The notes beneath the pieces are model-generated. The model was not told the origin of the DNA. It was given only the letters and a program-made list of their open reading frames with translations, and made no database searches. A DNA stretch of 64,000 nucleotides from NCBI GenBank assembly GCA_036782875.1, contig DAIPYG010000002.1, positions 23,340 to 87,339 of the forward strand, given 5' to 3'. Each line of letters opens with the position of its first letter. The stretch's first letter is position 1. Source of the stretch: Bacteroidota bacterium (GTDB lineage Bacteria; Bacteroidota; Ignavibacteria; Tepidaquicellales; Tepidaquicellaceae). Below, piece after piece: positions 18,351 through 28,299 of this stretch. Position numbers and translations under genes: made by a program.

Positions 18351-20230
18351 CTTACGCTGTGCCATCTGCTCAGACTGTAGAGCATTAATATTCTCTGATA
18401 GATTCCCGCCCTGCTAATATCTGATTCGGCAGATGTCCTGTCATCCAGAGCCCTGAACAGAAATTCCGTATATTCTTTTTTTACATAATGATTCACAAAA
18501 TTATTTTCTTTCAGAAGCTCTTCCCTGATTACTTCAAACTCATCTCTGCTTAATGCAGTATCCAGCGGAATTGTAAATCCCTTTTTAGATGCACTGCTTG
18601 TTTCTTTAGGATATATTTTCCCGTGAATTGCTCTTAATATTTTCTTGGAAACTTTAAGAGAAGATTTCTGACCGAATGGAATCGTCAAAGCATAGTTAGT
18701 CAGATCTTCATCTAATAACGGTACTCTGTATTCAACCCCGTTCAGCATTGACATCATATCTGTCTTCCTTAAATAATTACTCAGCATCTGCTTCCTGAAA
18801 TAATCATACACAACATAATTTTTAAATTCGTGCGGAGATTTCTCTTCAAATATGGCTTTATAAAATTCTACTCCCTCTGAAGGATCAAACAGAAATGGAC
18901 TTCCGCTTTTAAAAACAGTTTTTCTCGGAAACCAGGAATGCCAGTCATATAACAGTTCATGAGGCTTGTCAGTCCACAGATCAGAAATCCTTTTGACAAA
19001 TCTTTTTCTTGAAGTGCCTGAGATGGATTTTGCTATATGAAGAAATGCTTTGCCACCGCTTTTAGTAATGCTGTTATTGTTCAGTCTGTCTATATATGTA
19101 AGCCAGGTCATTGACGGATATCCGTTAAACAACTCGTCACCTCCGTCTCCTCCTAGCAGAACCTTTGTCAATTTTCCCGCAGCTTTTGTAAGATAGTAGA
19201 CATTAATGGCCGAAGAGTCTGCATAGGGCTGATCAAAGCCATCCAGTATATTATTTAATGTATCCAGGTTCAGTTCAGATTCAGCTTCTATGTATTCAAT
19301 TTTACCGTTCAGCGTATCGGAATATATTTTAGCAATGTCTCCTTCATTATATTCCTTATCACTGGATTTTATTGTAAGACCTTTAATCTCTGAATTTGAT
19401 CTGTTTGCAAATGCATAAATGAGAGATGAATCTATACCTCCGCTCAAGGCAACCGTCACTTCTACATCAGCTATTAAATTTCTTTCAACCGCAGTCTTTA
19501 TTCTTTCTTCCGTATTTGCAGTATTCTGTCTGAAATCATAAGTGTTCTCTTTTTGAAAATCAAATGTTTCAAAATAATTCTTAAAGTATCCTTCTTTATT
19601 AATAGTAATAAAGCTCCCTGGTTCTGCAGCTTTGATCTCATTGTAAATTGTATATGGCTCTGAACAGTAACCTAAATTTAAATAACTTTTCAGTATGCTC
19701 TCATTAATTGTGAGCTTTTCCCTCAGACAAGGAAGCAATGCCTTTATCTCACTGCCGAAAATATACTGTCCGTTTTTTGCAAAAAGATACAACGGCTTGA
19801 TTCCTGAAGGATCTCTTGCAAGAATGATCTTTTGTTCATTGCGGTAATCGTATATAGCAAAAGAATATATTCCTCTCAATTTTTTAAAGTAATCCGGTCC
19901 TTCCTGCAGATATCCCTCCAGTACTATTTCTGTATCGGAAGAAGATATGAATTTTGTATTGGTAAATTTATTTTTTAATTCTTTGTAATTATAAATTTCT
20001 CCGTTAAAGATCAGGTATGCATCCGCATTTGCAGACTTCAGCGGCTGATCGGCATTTGCAGAAAGATCAATGATGCTAAGCCTGTTATGTCCCAGAAATA
20101 TATTTCTATGAACATATTCCCGGCTGCCGTCCGGTCCTCTGTGTGCAATGTTCCTTAATCCTTGCTGCAGTAAAGGATAGATTGGCTCTATTCCTCTTTT
20201 AAAATCAACAGCTCCTAAATATCCGCACAT
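18347..20230 (-). CDS. Asparagine synthase (glutamine-hydrolysing)-family amidotransferase
   Basis: 627 aa with the N-terminal nucleophile MCG and PP-loop ALSGGIDSS. This is the full two-domain AsnB architecture. Confidence 0.9.
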   Translation of the reverse strand: MCGYLGAVDFKRGIEPIYPLLQQGLRNIAHRGPDGSREYVHRNIFLGHNRLSIIDLSANADQPLKSANADAYLIFNGEIYNYKELKNKFTNTKFISSSDTEIVLEGYLQEGPDYFKKLRGIYSFAIYDYRNEQKIILARDPSGIKPLYLFAKNGQYIFGSEIKALLPCLREKLTINESILKSYLNLGYCSEPYTIYNEIKAAEPGSFITINKEGYFKNYFETFDFQKENTYDFRQNTANTEERIKTAVERNLIADVEVTVALSGGIDSSLIYAFANRSNSEIKGLTIKSSDKEYNEGDIAKIYSDTLNGKIEYIEAESELNLDTLNNILDGFDQPYADSSAINVYYLTKAAGKLTKVLLGGDGGDELFNGYPSMTWLTYIDRLNNNSITKSGGKAFLHIAKSISGTSRKRFVKRISDLWTDKPHELLYDWHSWFPRKTVFKSGSPFLFDPSEGVEFYKAIFEEKSPHEFKNYVVYDYFRKQMLSNYLRKTDMMSMLNGVEYRVPLLDEDLTNYALTIPFGQKSSLKVSKKILRAIHGKIYPKETSSASKKGFTIPLDTALSRDEFEVIREELLKENNFVNHYVKKEYTEFLFRALDDRTSAESDISRAGIYQRILMLYSLSRWHSVR

Positions 20231-20233
20231 ATA

Positions 20234-21361
20234 TTATTTGAGCCCTTCAATTTCTTTTAAATATCTTTTTATAATATTAGACCAGTGATGCTGTGCTGCC
20301 CATTCTTTAGCGCCTTCGCTGAATTTTCTATAATCTGCCGCAATGGTCTTAAGAGCTTCGAGTATTTCACCTTTATTCTTTGGATCAACTAAAACTCCGC
20401 TGTAACCGTTTTTAATGGAATCCTCCAGTCCGCTTTTGAATGAACCTATAGCAGGCAGTCCGAAATAATTAGCTTCAAGTACTGCTATTCCAAAGCCTTC
20501 AAAGTCACCGCTGGACTGACTTTCACTCAGCAATATGAATATCTGACTTCCATTTAGGAGTTCAATTTTTTCTTTATTGGATACTGGACCAAGCAGATTC
20601 AAATGATCCTTGAATCTATCTGATTCTATTAATTTTTCTATTTTCGAAAGATCGGCTAATCTCCCGGCTATGTTGTATTTTGTCTCTGGAAATAAATTAA
20701 TTATTTCCGGAAATGCATTAAGAACATTGTGATGACCTTTTCTCGGCCAGACTGTTCCGACAGTAATTAAATTCAGCGAACCGTTCACAAGACTTTTTTC
20801 ACTGACCTTTAACTGATCTATATTATCAAGGTCAAAACCATTGGGGATCACTTTAATTTTTTCCTTACTTATTCCTTTATCAATGAATGATCCTGAAAAA
20901 TTTGAAACAGGTATGATAAGATCAGATTTTTGTAAAGCTTTTTTTATAAGATATTTTTCTATAGCATTATCAGAGTTTACATCTCCTCCGTGAACTATAG
21001 AGATAAATTTCAAATGCTTATGGTACTTATTCAGAAATACCGAAGTCATCAGCGGATATCTTCCGGAGAATATTACATGCGAATATTTTTCTTTGTTTAA
21101 ATATTGTCTGATCGATTTTAATCTTCCCGCAGTTGTCTTTAATCTGCTGTCATATCTTTTGAATCTGAAAATTTCAAATTTCTGTGAACTGTCAAAATTC
21201 TTTTGCTCTTTTTCTTCAGCGAAATCCGAAATAGTTAATACTGTTACATCACAGCCGTTTAAATTCAGATACTTTGCAAGATTAAAAGCATGATTCCCTA
21301 TTCCTCCCGGACCCGGTGGGAATTCTGAAACTATAAGAAGTATTTTTCTAGAGCCACTCAA
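20234..21361 (-). CDS. Glycosyltransferase family 4
   Basis: 375 aa. ILLIVSEFPPGPGGIGNHA at the N-terminus and FEGFGIAVLEANYFGLPAIGS at the C-terminus. TTG start. Confidence 0.8.
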   Translation of the reverse strand: MSGSRKILLIVSEFPPGPGGIGNHAFNLAKYLNLNGCDVTVLTISDFAEEKEQKNFDSSQKFEIFRFKRYDSRLKTTAGRLKSIRQYLNKEKYSHVIFSGRYPLMTSVFLNKYHKHLKFISIVHGGDVNSDNAIEKYLIKKALQKSDLIIPVSNFSGSFIDKGISKEKIKVIPNGFDLDNIDQLKVSEKSLVNGSLNLITVGTVWPRKGHHNVLNAFPEIINLFPETKYNIAGRLADLSKIEKLIESDRFKDHLNLLGPVSNKEKIELLNGSQIFILLSESQSSGDFEGFGIAVLEANYFGLPAIGSFKSGLEDSIKNGYSGVLVDPKNKGEILEALKTIAADYRKFSEGAKEWAAQHHWSNIIKRYLKEIEGLK

Positions 21362-22718
21362 TCTTATTTCCTTCCTTTAGCATTTCTGATGCTTTGCCCC
21401 ATGAAATAGCTAACTGCAGCAGGAGAACAGGCAGTATGAAAATTGCAAGAACCGCACTTACCGGATAAAGATATTTTTTTCCTTTCCACTTATAAGGAAT
21501 AAGAGATGGTAAAATGCCAATTATCATAGCATTCGCAACATAGTTAACAGGATAATATTTTCTGAAAAAATATAAAACACTCGGTATCGGTCTTGGCGCA
21601 AAAAACTTTTTCGGTCTGAATGCATCCCACGAACCCATCTGGCGAAGTCCGCCCGTTCCGATTTTCAGATGAAGACGTTTTGCATTGGGATTTGAAATGC
21701 TTTTAAATCCCGCAAGGTAAGCTCTTAACCCGAATTCACCGTCACCCATTCTTTGTTTGTCAAATTGTCTGTCAAACATTCCTGTCTTTTGAAATACTTC
21801 TCTTCTTACCATTGCATTGCCCGAATCAAACTGATCCGCCCATCTGAAGAAACTGTAATTTCTGGGGACAGAATCTCCTGTCTTTGATATTGATACTCCT
21901 GCTGAAATATCAGCTTTAAAAAAATCCAGACATTTTAAATGCTCACTGATCCAGTCTTTATCTATCCTTGAGTCATCATCAAAAAAAAGAAGGTAGTCAC
22001 CTTCTGAATTTCTTACTGCTTCATTTCTCGCAAGCCACTGTCCTTTTCCTTCCTGATAAATAACTTTTAATTTTAATCCCGATTTTTTATAGAACTCTTT
22101 ATCCGGATTATCTGTCTGATCAATTATTATCGTCTCAAAGTTTTTATAATACTGTTTTTCAAGATCTTCAAGTACATCTTTCAGATATTCATATCTGTTA
22201 AGTGTAGGAATAATGACACTTACAAGCGGCTGTGATTTTACAAGTTCAGATGTGAAGCTGATATATTCCGGATAATCACAGTGATCTTTGATTAGATCAA
22301 TATTCTTTATTTCCTTTGTTGCATTAAATGCTCTTATCTCAGCAATTGGATTTCTAAGACTGAATATATTCTTAATTAAATAATAATAAGCTCTGTGCCA
22401 CTTGAAATATCTTCTTATGAAAATATAATTATCTTTAAGACCCGGTTTTTCAGTATGAAATAACTTTTCTTTATTTACGGATTCTGCAGTCAGCATCACT
22501 CCTTTATTCCAGAGCCGGTATCCGAGATCAAGCTCGCGTGAAACTCTGCCGGAATAATCATTATCTTCAGAGATAATATTTTTAAACTCTTCAGGTATTT
22601 TCATTGCAGATGAGTTATAGTAACAGGTAGAAAATGATTCTGCCTTTTCGGGATACAGATTATAATACCAGATGGGATTCAGGTCTTTCAGGATCTCAAA
22701 ACTTTCAAATACTCTCAA
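21348..22718 (-). CDS. Glycosyltransferase family 2 with an uncharacterised ~165-aa N-terminal region and C-terminal TM helices
   Basis: 456 aa. The GT2 core begins at VSVIIPTLNRYEYLKDVLEDLEKQ and includes LLFFDDDS. Two hydrophobic helices lie near the C-terminus. TTG start. Confidence 0.75.
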   Translation of the reverse strand: MRVFESFEILKDLNPIWYYNLYPEKAESFSTCYYNSSAMKIPEEFKNIISEDNDYSGRVSRELDLGYRLWNKGVMLTAESVNKEKLFHTEKPGLKDNYIFIRRYFKWHRAYYYLIKNIFSLRNPIAEIRAFNATKEIKNIDLIKDHCDYPEYISFTSELVKSQPLVSVIIPTLNRYEYLKDVLEDLEKQYYKNFETIIIDQTDNPDKEFYKKSGLKLKVIYQEGKGQWLARNEAVRNSEGDYLLFFDDDSRIDKDWISEHLKCLDFFKADISAGVSISKTGDSVPRNYSFFRWADQFDSGNAMVRREVFQKTGMFDRQFDKQRMGDGEFGLRAYLAGFKSISNPNAKRLHLKIGTGGLRQMGSWDAFRPKKFFAPRPIPSVLYFFRKYYPVNYVANAMIIGILPSLIPYKWKGKKYLYPVSAVLAIFILPVLLLQLAISWGKASEMLKEGNKIEWL

Positions 22719-22745
22719 TTGGCTATATCGTATGTGATGATCATT

Positions 22746-23756
22746 TTATAAATTCAGGTCTGTATCATAAAGAGTAAAATAAAAATAATCCTTACTGCTG
22801 AATTTAATTTTGTCGGAATAGTAAATTACTTTTTCATCATTTCTCGATCTTATAAATCCTGCAGAAGCAAGCAATTGCATTTCTCTTTCGCTGTTGGATA
22901 AGATCTGAATAGTTTTTGCCTTCTCGTCTGAAGCAAGCTTCATTACAACAGACAGCATGGATTTAAGATCACTGTCTTCTGTACAATGCCATTCATAAAT
23001 ATTGAAGTACGGTTTAAAATAAGAATACAGTGCGTAGCTGCCGTTAGATGATCTCATAGCTTTTATTTCGGGAGAATAGTTCAGAAATCCCGATGCCCTC
23101 CATTTCAGAAATTCCTCATCATGCAGAATCTGTAAGCTGATGCTTTCATCCTGCCTTTGCTTTACTGATCCGGCAACATCTTTCCAGCTGCATAAGTTGA
23201 AATAATTTTCTTTAACGTTTAATTTTTTCCTTTTTAAAGAAAAGTAAGGTTTTAAAATCTTACCAATTACAGGAACAGCAAATGAGAATTTTTTCGGAAC
23301 TGCCCAGCTTATCAATTGCCCGGGATCAATCGGAAACACCATTAGCCGCCCGCTGTTTACAGCATTAAATCCCGCCTTTAGCATCAGCACTTCAGCTTTT
23401 GGACTGGGATTATTTCCAAGTGTAATTTTATCCCGCTTCATTCCTGCTTCGAAGAGCATATTTCCCGTACCGAGCTTTCTGTACTCCGGATCTACAATCA
23501 GATCACAAGCCCATTGAGCTTCATAATTTTTTTTTCCGTGCCTGAGCTTTACTGGCAAAAGACCAAGCTGACCAATGATCTTATCTTCAAGCTTAGCAAG
23601 TAAGAGTCCCTCTACAACACCCTTTTCAGGACCTCTGAATTTCCATCGGTTATATATTTCCGATCTTCTTCTTTTCTTATCCGGCCATACCTTAGCAGCA
23701 AATTCACCGTGAGATTTTACAAGTTCATCTGAATATGGTCTGATCTCTATTTTAAT
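22746..23756 (-). CDS. GNAT-like acyltransferase; N-terminus extended to a non-canonical ATT start
   Basis: The track ORF (22746-23558) starts at an internal TTG. The frame is open to 23762 and the extension reads like a GNAT N-terminus (IEIRPYSDELVKSHGEFAAKVWP...). The acetyl-CoA-site-like YRKLGTGNMLF follows. The start-codon choice is uncertain. Confidence 0.6.
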   Translation of the reverse strand: MKIEIRPYSDELVKSHGEFAAKVWPDKKRRRSEIYNRWKFRGPEKGVVEGLLLAKLEDKIIGQLGLLPVKLRHGKKNYEAQWACDLIVDPEYRKLGTGNMLFEAGMKRDKITLGNNPSPKAEVLMLKAGFNAVNSGRLMVFPIDPGQLISWAVPKKFSFAVPVIGKILKPYFSLKRKKLNVKENYFNLCSWKDVAGSVKQRQDESISLQILHDEEFLKWRASGFLNYSPEIKAMRSSNGSYALYSYFKPYFNIYEWHCTEDSDLKSMLSVVMKLASDEKAKTIQILSNSEREMQLLASAGFIRSRNDEKVIYYSDKIKFSSKDYFYFTLYDTDLNL

Positions 23757-24624
23757 TTTTACTCACTCCTGCTGAGAAATGTTTACCGATATAATCTGTA
23801 ACTGTAAACACTTCTATCTGTTCTTTTGAAATTCCGTTCTTTATTTTTTCCATAAAGCGATTGAAATGAGAAACGCTTTCGGATTTGTTCCGGCTTAAAG
23901 CAGCAGGATGTCCGACTATTACAAGAGTTTCATTGAGCTCAATAGCTTTATTGAGATACTTTTCCGCATAGTCATCAAAACCGGTATAATGCTGAGGTAC
24001 ACATACTATCCCGTTGTGTATTTCCCATTCAGAAAAAAATATTTCATCATCATTCCTCTTACTTATAATTTTTTTCCATACCGGATCATAACTTCTCAAA
24101 ACCCTGCACCATTTATAATTTAAAATTGAAAGCTGCTTCAAAATATACCCGGTGTCAGAACCTTTGTGAAAAGGATAAAATCCCCTGTCACCAAGACTGA
24201 CAGAATATTTTCTATACCAGCTCATCGGTCTGCTGTGAGGAGGAACAAATCCGGTGACAACATCTTTTTTACCAATGCATTCTTCAAGTGCATACTTGCT
24301 CCTTTCCAGAGATCTGTAAATCTGTTTATCTGTAAGATAAGGGAACCACTCGTGCTTCCAAGAATGAGATGCTATCTCGTGTCCGCTTTCAAATATTCTC
24401 TTTATCTGTTCCGGATTGTTAAAAGGCAACAGACCTTTTTCAGCAGCAAACCCAAGACAGGCAAATGTCATTTTAATGCCAAACTCATTTGCTTTGCTTA
24501 TAATATACTCTACGTTTTCAATTTCCTGATAAATCGGGTCATACTTGAAATTATAGGGAAAAGATGAATTGATCTGACCTATGGCTGAATCATAGTCCCA
24601 TATTATCACTAATTTAGCTGACAT
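23752..24624 (-). CDS. Polysaccharide deacetylase (CE4 / NodB-homology, ArnD-like)
   Basis: 290 aa with His motif HEIASHSWKHEW and the overall NodB-type pattern. Confidence 0.75.
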   Translation of the reverse strand: MSAKLVIIWDYDSAIGQINSSFPYNFKYDPIYQEIENVEYIISKANEFGIKMTFACLGFAAEKGLLPFNNPEQIKRIFESGHEIASHSWKHEWFPYLTDKQIYRSLERSKYALEECIGKKDVVTGFVPPHSRPMSWYRKYSVSLGDRGFYPFHKGSDTGYILKQLSILNYKWCRVLRSYDPVWKKIISKRNDDEIFFSEWEIHNGIVCVPQHYTGFDDYAEKYLNKAIELNETLVIVGHPAALSRNKSESVSHFNRFMEKIKNGISKEQIEVFTVTDYIGKHFSAGVSKN

Positions 24625-26065
24625 TATTTACGCTGATCTCGTAATTAACTTTACCCGGTGAACTATTTTTTCTTTGAGACAACGCTACTGCAAATACCGG
24701 AAAAAGCAAATAAGGGAAATTATATCTTGCTCTGGTTTCGGATACCGGGAACAGGGCTAATGTATAACTAAGATATGCCCACAGAATATAAACAGATACC
24801 GGAGAAAACTTTTTATTCCTTAATAAAAAAACAAAAGGGAAAAACAATATAACCCAGAAAAAAAAATTTTCTACCGCCTGAAAAAAAGCTTCATAATATC
24901 CTGCGTTCGGATATTTAGTATACTGAAAGAAATAACTGACAGTCCAGTCCTGTCTTCCTGAAAACTTTATCATTTTAAAAGGAAGTCCTTTTATTAATAC
25001 ATCCGGATGGCTTTTAACAAAATCAAAGGTTTCTTTCTTAAGCGCATCATCAAATTCAACTTCCGGCAGCTTGCTGTATTTATTCATTACCGAATCAGGT
25101 ACTCCGTTGTAATCGCCTACTTTTTTCGGATCTGTAGTTACATTGCTGCTGTATAGCCCCAGCCCGGTGGTTGGCATAAGACGTATTGTTCCGTACAGCA
25201 TATAATTTCTGTAAATCCAGGGAGAATAAAACAGAAGAAAGCTTACATATATCAGACCCAGACGACTTAATGAATATGACATATTCCTGTCGGAATGCTT
25301 TTCAATTATGAATGGTATGAGAATGAATATCATCAGGAAATTAAATCTGATATACATCTCAGCAGCAAGTAATACTCCTATTAATATAAGCTGAGAAGTC
25401 TTACCGGTATAATTTTTCAGTACAATGAAAAGCAGTATCAGAAAGAAAAAAAATGACAACTGTGTGTTTGAATTGGATGCCATGAAAAGCATATTCGGAG
25501 AAACGGATAAATATGCAAATGAGAAAACAGCAGCTATGTTGCCCAGATCTTTAAACAGATAAAAACCGGATATTAAAACTCCCAGAGAAAAAAGTATCAT
25601 GATCACAGCATAAGTGACAGGATGATTATAAATAAGGAGTCCGGCAGCAAATACAGCAGGTAATCCCGGCTGTCTGAAATTTCTAAGCTCAACTCCGGCA
25701 AAGTCATAGAATTCTCCTTCGGTTGCCATCCTCTGACCAAGCTTTTCGTGTTTCTCATAATCACTGTCCTGTACAGGTCTGTCATACAGATCATGGACTG
25801 CAAAAATAATTCTTAATACTATTCCTGAGATAAGAAGTATTTTAAAAATTCTTTCTTTTCTGACTTCGAATATATTATTCTTAATAATTCTGTAAACTAA
25901 AAACAAAGCTGCAGCTATAAGCAACAGCTCTATTATATAATCTGCTTCCCTGTATTTTATCACCATGAAAGCCCTGTTCAAAATACCGGACAGGATCAGC
26001 AGGGAAAGAAGTATGATGTTTCCCCACCTTCCTGAAGAATTATAAGCTCTTAATAACCTATCCAT
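24614..26065 (-). CDS. GT-C fold glycosyltransferase, ArnT/PMT (GT39/GT83)-like
   Basis: 483 aa, polytopic. The first periplasmic loop carries DSDYEKHEKLG...FRQPGLPAVFAAGL. Confidence 0.65.
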   Translation of the reverse strand: MDRLLRAYNSSGRWGNIILLSLLILSGILNRAFMVIKYREADYIIELLLIAAALFLVYRIIKNNIFEVRKERIFKILLISGIVLRIIFAVHDLYDRPVQDSDYEKHEKLGQRMATEGEFYDFAGVELRNFRQPGLPAVFAAGLLIYNHPVTYAVIMILFSLGVLISGFYLFKDLGNIAAVFSFAYLSVSPNMLFMASNSNTQLSFFFFLILLFIVLKNYTGKTSQLILIGVLLAAEMYIRFNFLMIFILIPFIIEKHSDRNMSYSLSRLGLIYVSFLLFYSPWIYRNYMLYGTIRLMPTTGLGLYSSNVTTDPKKVGDYNGVPDSVMNKYSKLPEVEFDDALKKETFDFVKSHPDVLIKGLPFKMIKFSGRQDWTVSYFFQYTKYPNAGYYEAFFQAVENFFFWVILFFPFVFLLRNKKFSPVSVYILWAYLSYTLALFPVSETRARYNFPYLLFPVFAVALSQRKNSSPGKVNYEISVNNVS

Positions 26066-27203
26066 TTTCAGTAAAGAATGCTTTTATTTTATCTGTTACA
26101 AAATCAAGATCATCATCAGACAACTCATAGTATAAAGGAAGTCTCAGAAGGTGATCGGTGTAGTAATCAGAATATTTCATATCGTGATTTTCTGATTTTT
26201 CTTTATAGTAAGGACTTTTATCAAGAGAAAGATAATGAAATACAGCATAGATGCCATTTGATTTCAGGAATTCAATCAGCCTGTTTCTTTCATCAAGACT
26301 TCTGCATAAAATATAAAACATATGCGCATTGTTAGTTGCATAATCAGGTAATTTCTGAAAACTGATAAATCCTTTCTCTGAAAGATCCCTGAGTTTATCG
26401 TGATAGTAATTCCAAATGTGCTTTCTCTTATTTTGAATGTCATCAAGATTCTCAAGCTGTGCAAAGAGAAATGCAGCAATAATGTCCGACGGAAGAAATG
26501 AAGAACCAATATCCACCCAGCCGTATTTATCTACTTCACCTCTGAAAAAAGCTGAACGATTTGTCCCCTTTTCCCTGATTATCTCAGCCCGCTCTGCAAA
26601 TCTTTCGTCATTTATAACCAGCATTCCGCCTTCTCCGGAAATGACATTCTTTGTTTCGTGAAATGAAAATGCTGCAAGATGACCAATAGAACCAAGAGGC
26701 TTTTCATTATAATAAGAGTCTATGGAATGCGCTGCATCCTCTATTACAAAGAGTCCATGATCTTCTGCTAATTTCATTAAAGGATCCATATCAACTGCTA
26801 TTCCGGCATAATGAACAACGATAATTGCTTTTGTCTTAGGAGTAATAAGTTTTTTAATCTTTCTTATGTCAATGTTCGGAGATTCCGACTCACTGTCACA
26901 GAAAATTATTTTAGCTCCCCTCAGAACAAATGCATTTACCGAAGATACAAATGTATAAGAAGGAGCAATTATCTCATCACCGGCTTTTGTATCAATCAGT
27001 ATAGCTGCCATCTCAAGCGCATCAGTGCAGGATGTTGTAAGGAGTACTTTCTTAAAACCGAATCTCTTCTCGAAAAACTCATGACACTTTTTTGTAAATA
27101 AACCGTCCCCTGATATTTTCCTAGTCTCTACAGACTCCAGAATATACTTGGTTTCCTTACCTGTGAGATAAGGTTTATTGAATCCTATGTGACGTTTTTT
27201 CAA
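26058..27203 (-). CDS. WecE/RffA-like 4-keto-6-deoxyhexose aminotransferase (DegT family)
   Basis: 381 aa with FNKPYLTGKE, ISGDGLFTKKCHEF, LLTTSCTDALEMAA and PSYTFVSSVNAFVLRGA. The PLP lysine is in FSFHETKNVISGEGG. TTG start. Confidence 0.85.
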   Translation of the reverse strand: MKKRHIGFNKPYLTGKETKYILESVETRKISGDGLFTKKCHEFFEKRFGFKKVLLTTSCTDALEMAAILIDTKAGDEIIAPSYTFVSSVNAFVLRGAKIIFCDSESESPNIDIRKIKKLITPKTKAIIVVHYAGIAVDMDPLMKLAEDHGLFVIEDAAHSIDSYYNEKPLGSIGHLAAFSFHETKNVISGEGGMLVINDERFAERAEIIREKGTNRSAFFRGEVDKYGWVDIGSSFLPSDIIAAFLFAQLENLDDIQNKRKHIWNYYHDKLRDLSEKGFISFQKLPDYATNNAHMFYILCRSLDERNRLIEFLKSNGIYAVFHYLSLDKSPYYKEKSENHDMKYSDYYTDHLLRLPLYYELSDDDLDFVTDKIKAFFTENG

Positions 27204-27214
27204 ATTTAATATTT

Positions 27215-27257
27215 AGTATTGGGGCATTAAGTATTCAGTATTTAGTATTGAGTATTA
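27215..27257. repeat. AGTATT hexamer motif: four tandem heptads plus one outlier
   Basis: AGTATT occurs at 27215, 27230, 27237, 27244 and 27251. The last four are contiguous heptads AGTATTC/AGTATTT/AGTATTG/AGTATTA. The repeat lies in the 148-bp gap directly upstream (minus sense) of the TTG start at 27203. Confidence 0.8.
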
Positions 27258-27351
27258 GTTTGTTTGGTGTGAATAAAGATCTTCTATTTATTTCTCAATG
27301 TTTATTTCACATTTATACATTTAATACTTATAGTTGTTAAATGTTCATAAT

Positions 27352-28284
27352 TCATTGTTCATTGATCAGCACCGCCAGTCCCACACCTGTTTTTCCGTAA
27401 CTGTTTCCATTATAAAGCATATATCTCATCCCTTTAAAATCATACAGATAAGAATATTCAATCATTTCAGAATCCCAGCCGGTTTCTGATATGTCAAGAT
27501 TTATTTTTTCATCCATCCTGTTCCATTTAATTCCGTCATTAGATTCGGCATATCCGATTCTGTAAGTATTTATACCTTTTCCTTCCCTGTAAGAATACCA
27601 CATTTTATAAATGCCGTTTTCCTTCATTACAAACGGGCGGGCGATAGCGTATTCGAATTCATTCTTAAAATCTATGCAAACGATCCCTTCTCTCTTAAAA
27701 TTAATTCCGTCATCCGATTCCGCATATCTGATATTATAATAGTGTTTCAGCTTACCTTCTTCCACTGTCCATTTTATCAGTGATACATACCAGATTTTCC
27801 ATTTGCCGTCATCTATCAGAACATAAGGTGCAAAAGTTGAGTAAGGATCAGTTTCATTTGAAAACAACACTGCAGGACCTCTGGATTTTTTTAAGAAAGT
27901 TTTGCCATCATCGCCGCTGATTGCAACACCATTAAAAGAAAAGAAAGGTACATTTTTTCCTAATGTCCAACCGTTGTAATACAAATATTTTTTATCATTA
28001 TGATTTACCAGGCAAGTTGGCATTATCCCTGAGTCGTCAAATGCTCCCAGCTGTCCCAGCTTCAACACGGGTTCTTTACTTATACTGATTATTTTGAAAG
28101 GATCATTAAGATTTATTTCAATAAAAGCTCCCTGCGACCTTCCTTTAATATCTCTTGCAGAAAAATAAATTTTCGCAATGTCGTTTTCATAAATATCTAT
28201 GACCGGCATCATTGCATGCGTAAGCATCCAGCCGGTTTCTCCGTCAGGACTATAAATGAGACCAAGTTTTTTCCAGTTCTGCAC
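27352..28284 (-). CDS. Predicted beta-propeller protein (GH43/GH130-like fold), function unknown
   Basis: 310 aa with no signal peptide. Blade-like segments recur: KIYFSARD, YLYYNGW, KIWYVS, YKMWYSY, YMLYNG. GTG start. The fold call is an inference. Confidence 0.45.
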   Translation of the reverse strand: MQNWKKLGLIYSPDGETGWMLTHAMMPVIDIYENDIAKIYFSARDIKGRSQGAFIEINLNDPFKIISISKEPVLKLGQLGAFDDSGIMPTCLVNHNDKKYLYYNGWTLGKNVPFFSFNGVAISGDDGKTFLKKSRGPAVLFSNETDPYSTFAPYVLIDDGKWKIWYVSLIKWTVEEGKLKHYYNIRYAESDDGINFKREGIVCIDFKNEFEYAIARPFVMKENGIYKMWYSYREGKGINTYRIGYAESNDGIKWNRMDEKINLDISETGWDSEMIEYSYLYDFKGMRYMLYNGNSYGKTGVGLAVLINEQ

Positions 28285-28299
28285 TATATTATTAATATT

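Noticed and set aside
22719-22748. The GNAT gene and the following GT2 gene are in the same frame, separated by a single TAA; considered as read-through, a split fusion or a pseudogene
   Set aside because: Both proteins look complete on their own. The GNAT C-terminal end is plausible, and the GT2 gene has a TTG start 10 codons after the stop. Nothing suggests recoding.
27317-27344. Hairpin ACATTTAA-(12 nt)-TTAAATGT just after the stop of the propeller-like gene, considered as an internal terminator
   Set aside because: The 8-bp stem is almost entirely A/T and has no following U-run in the minus sense. It is too weak to call.
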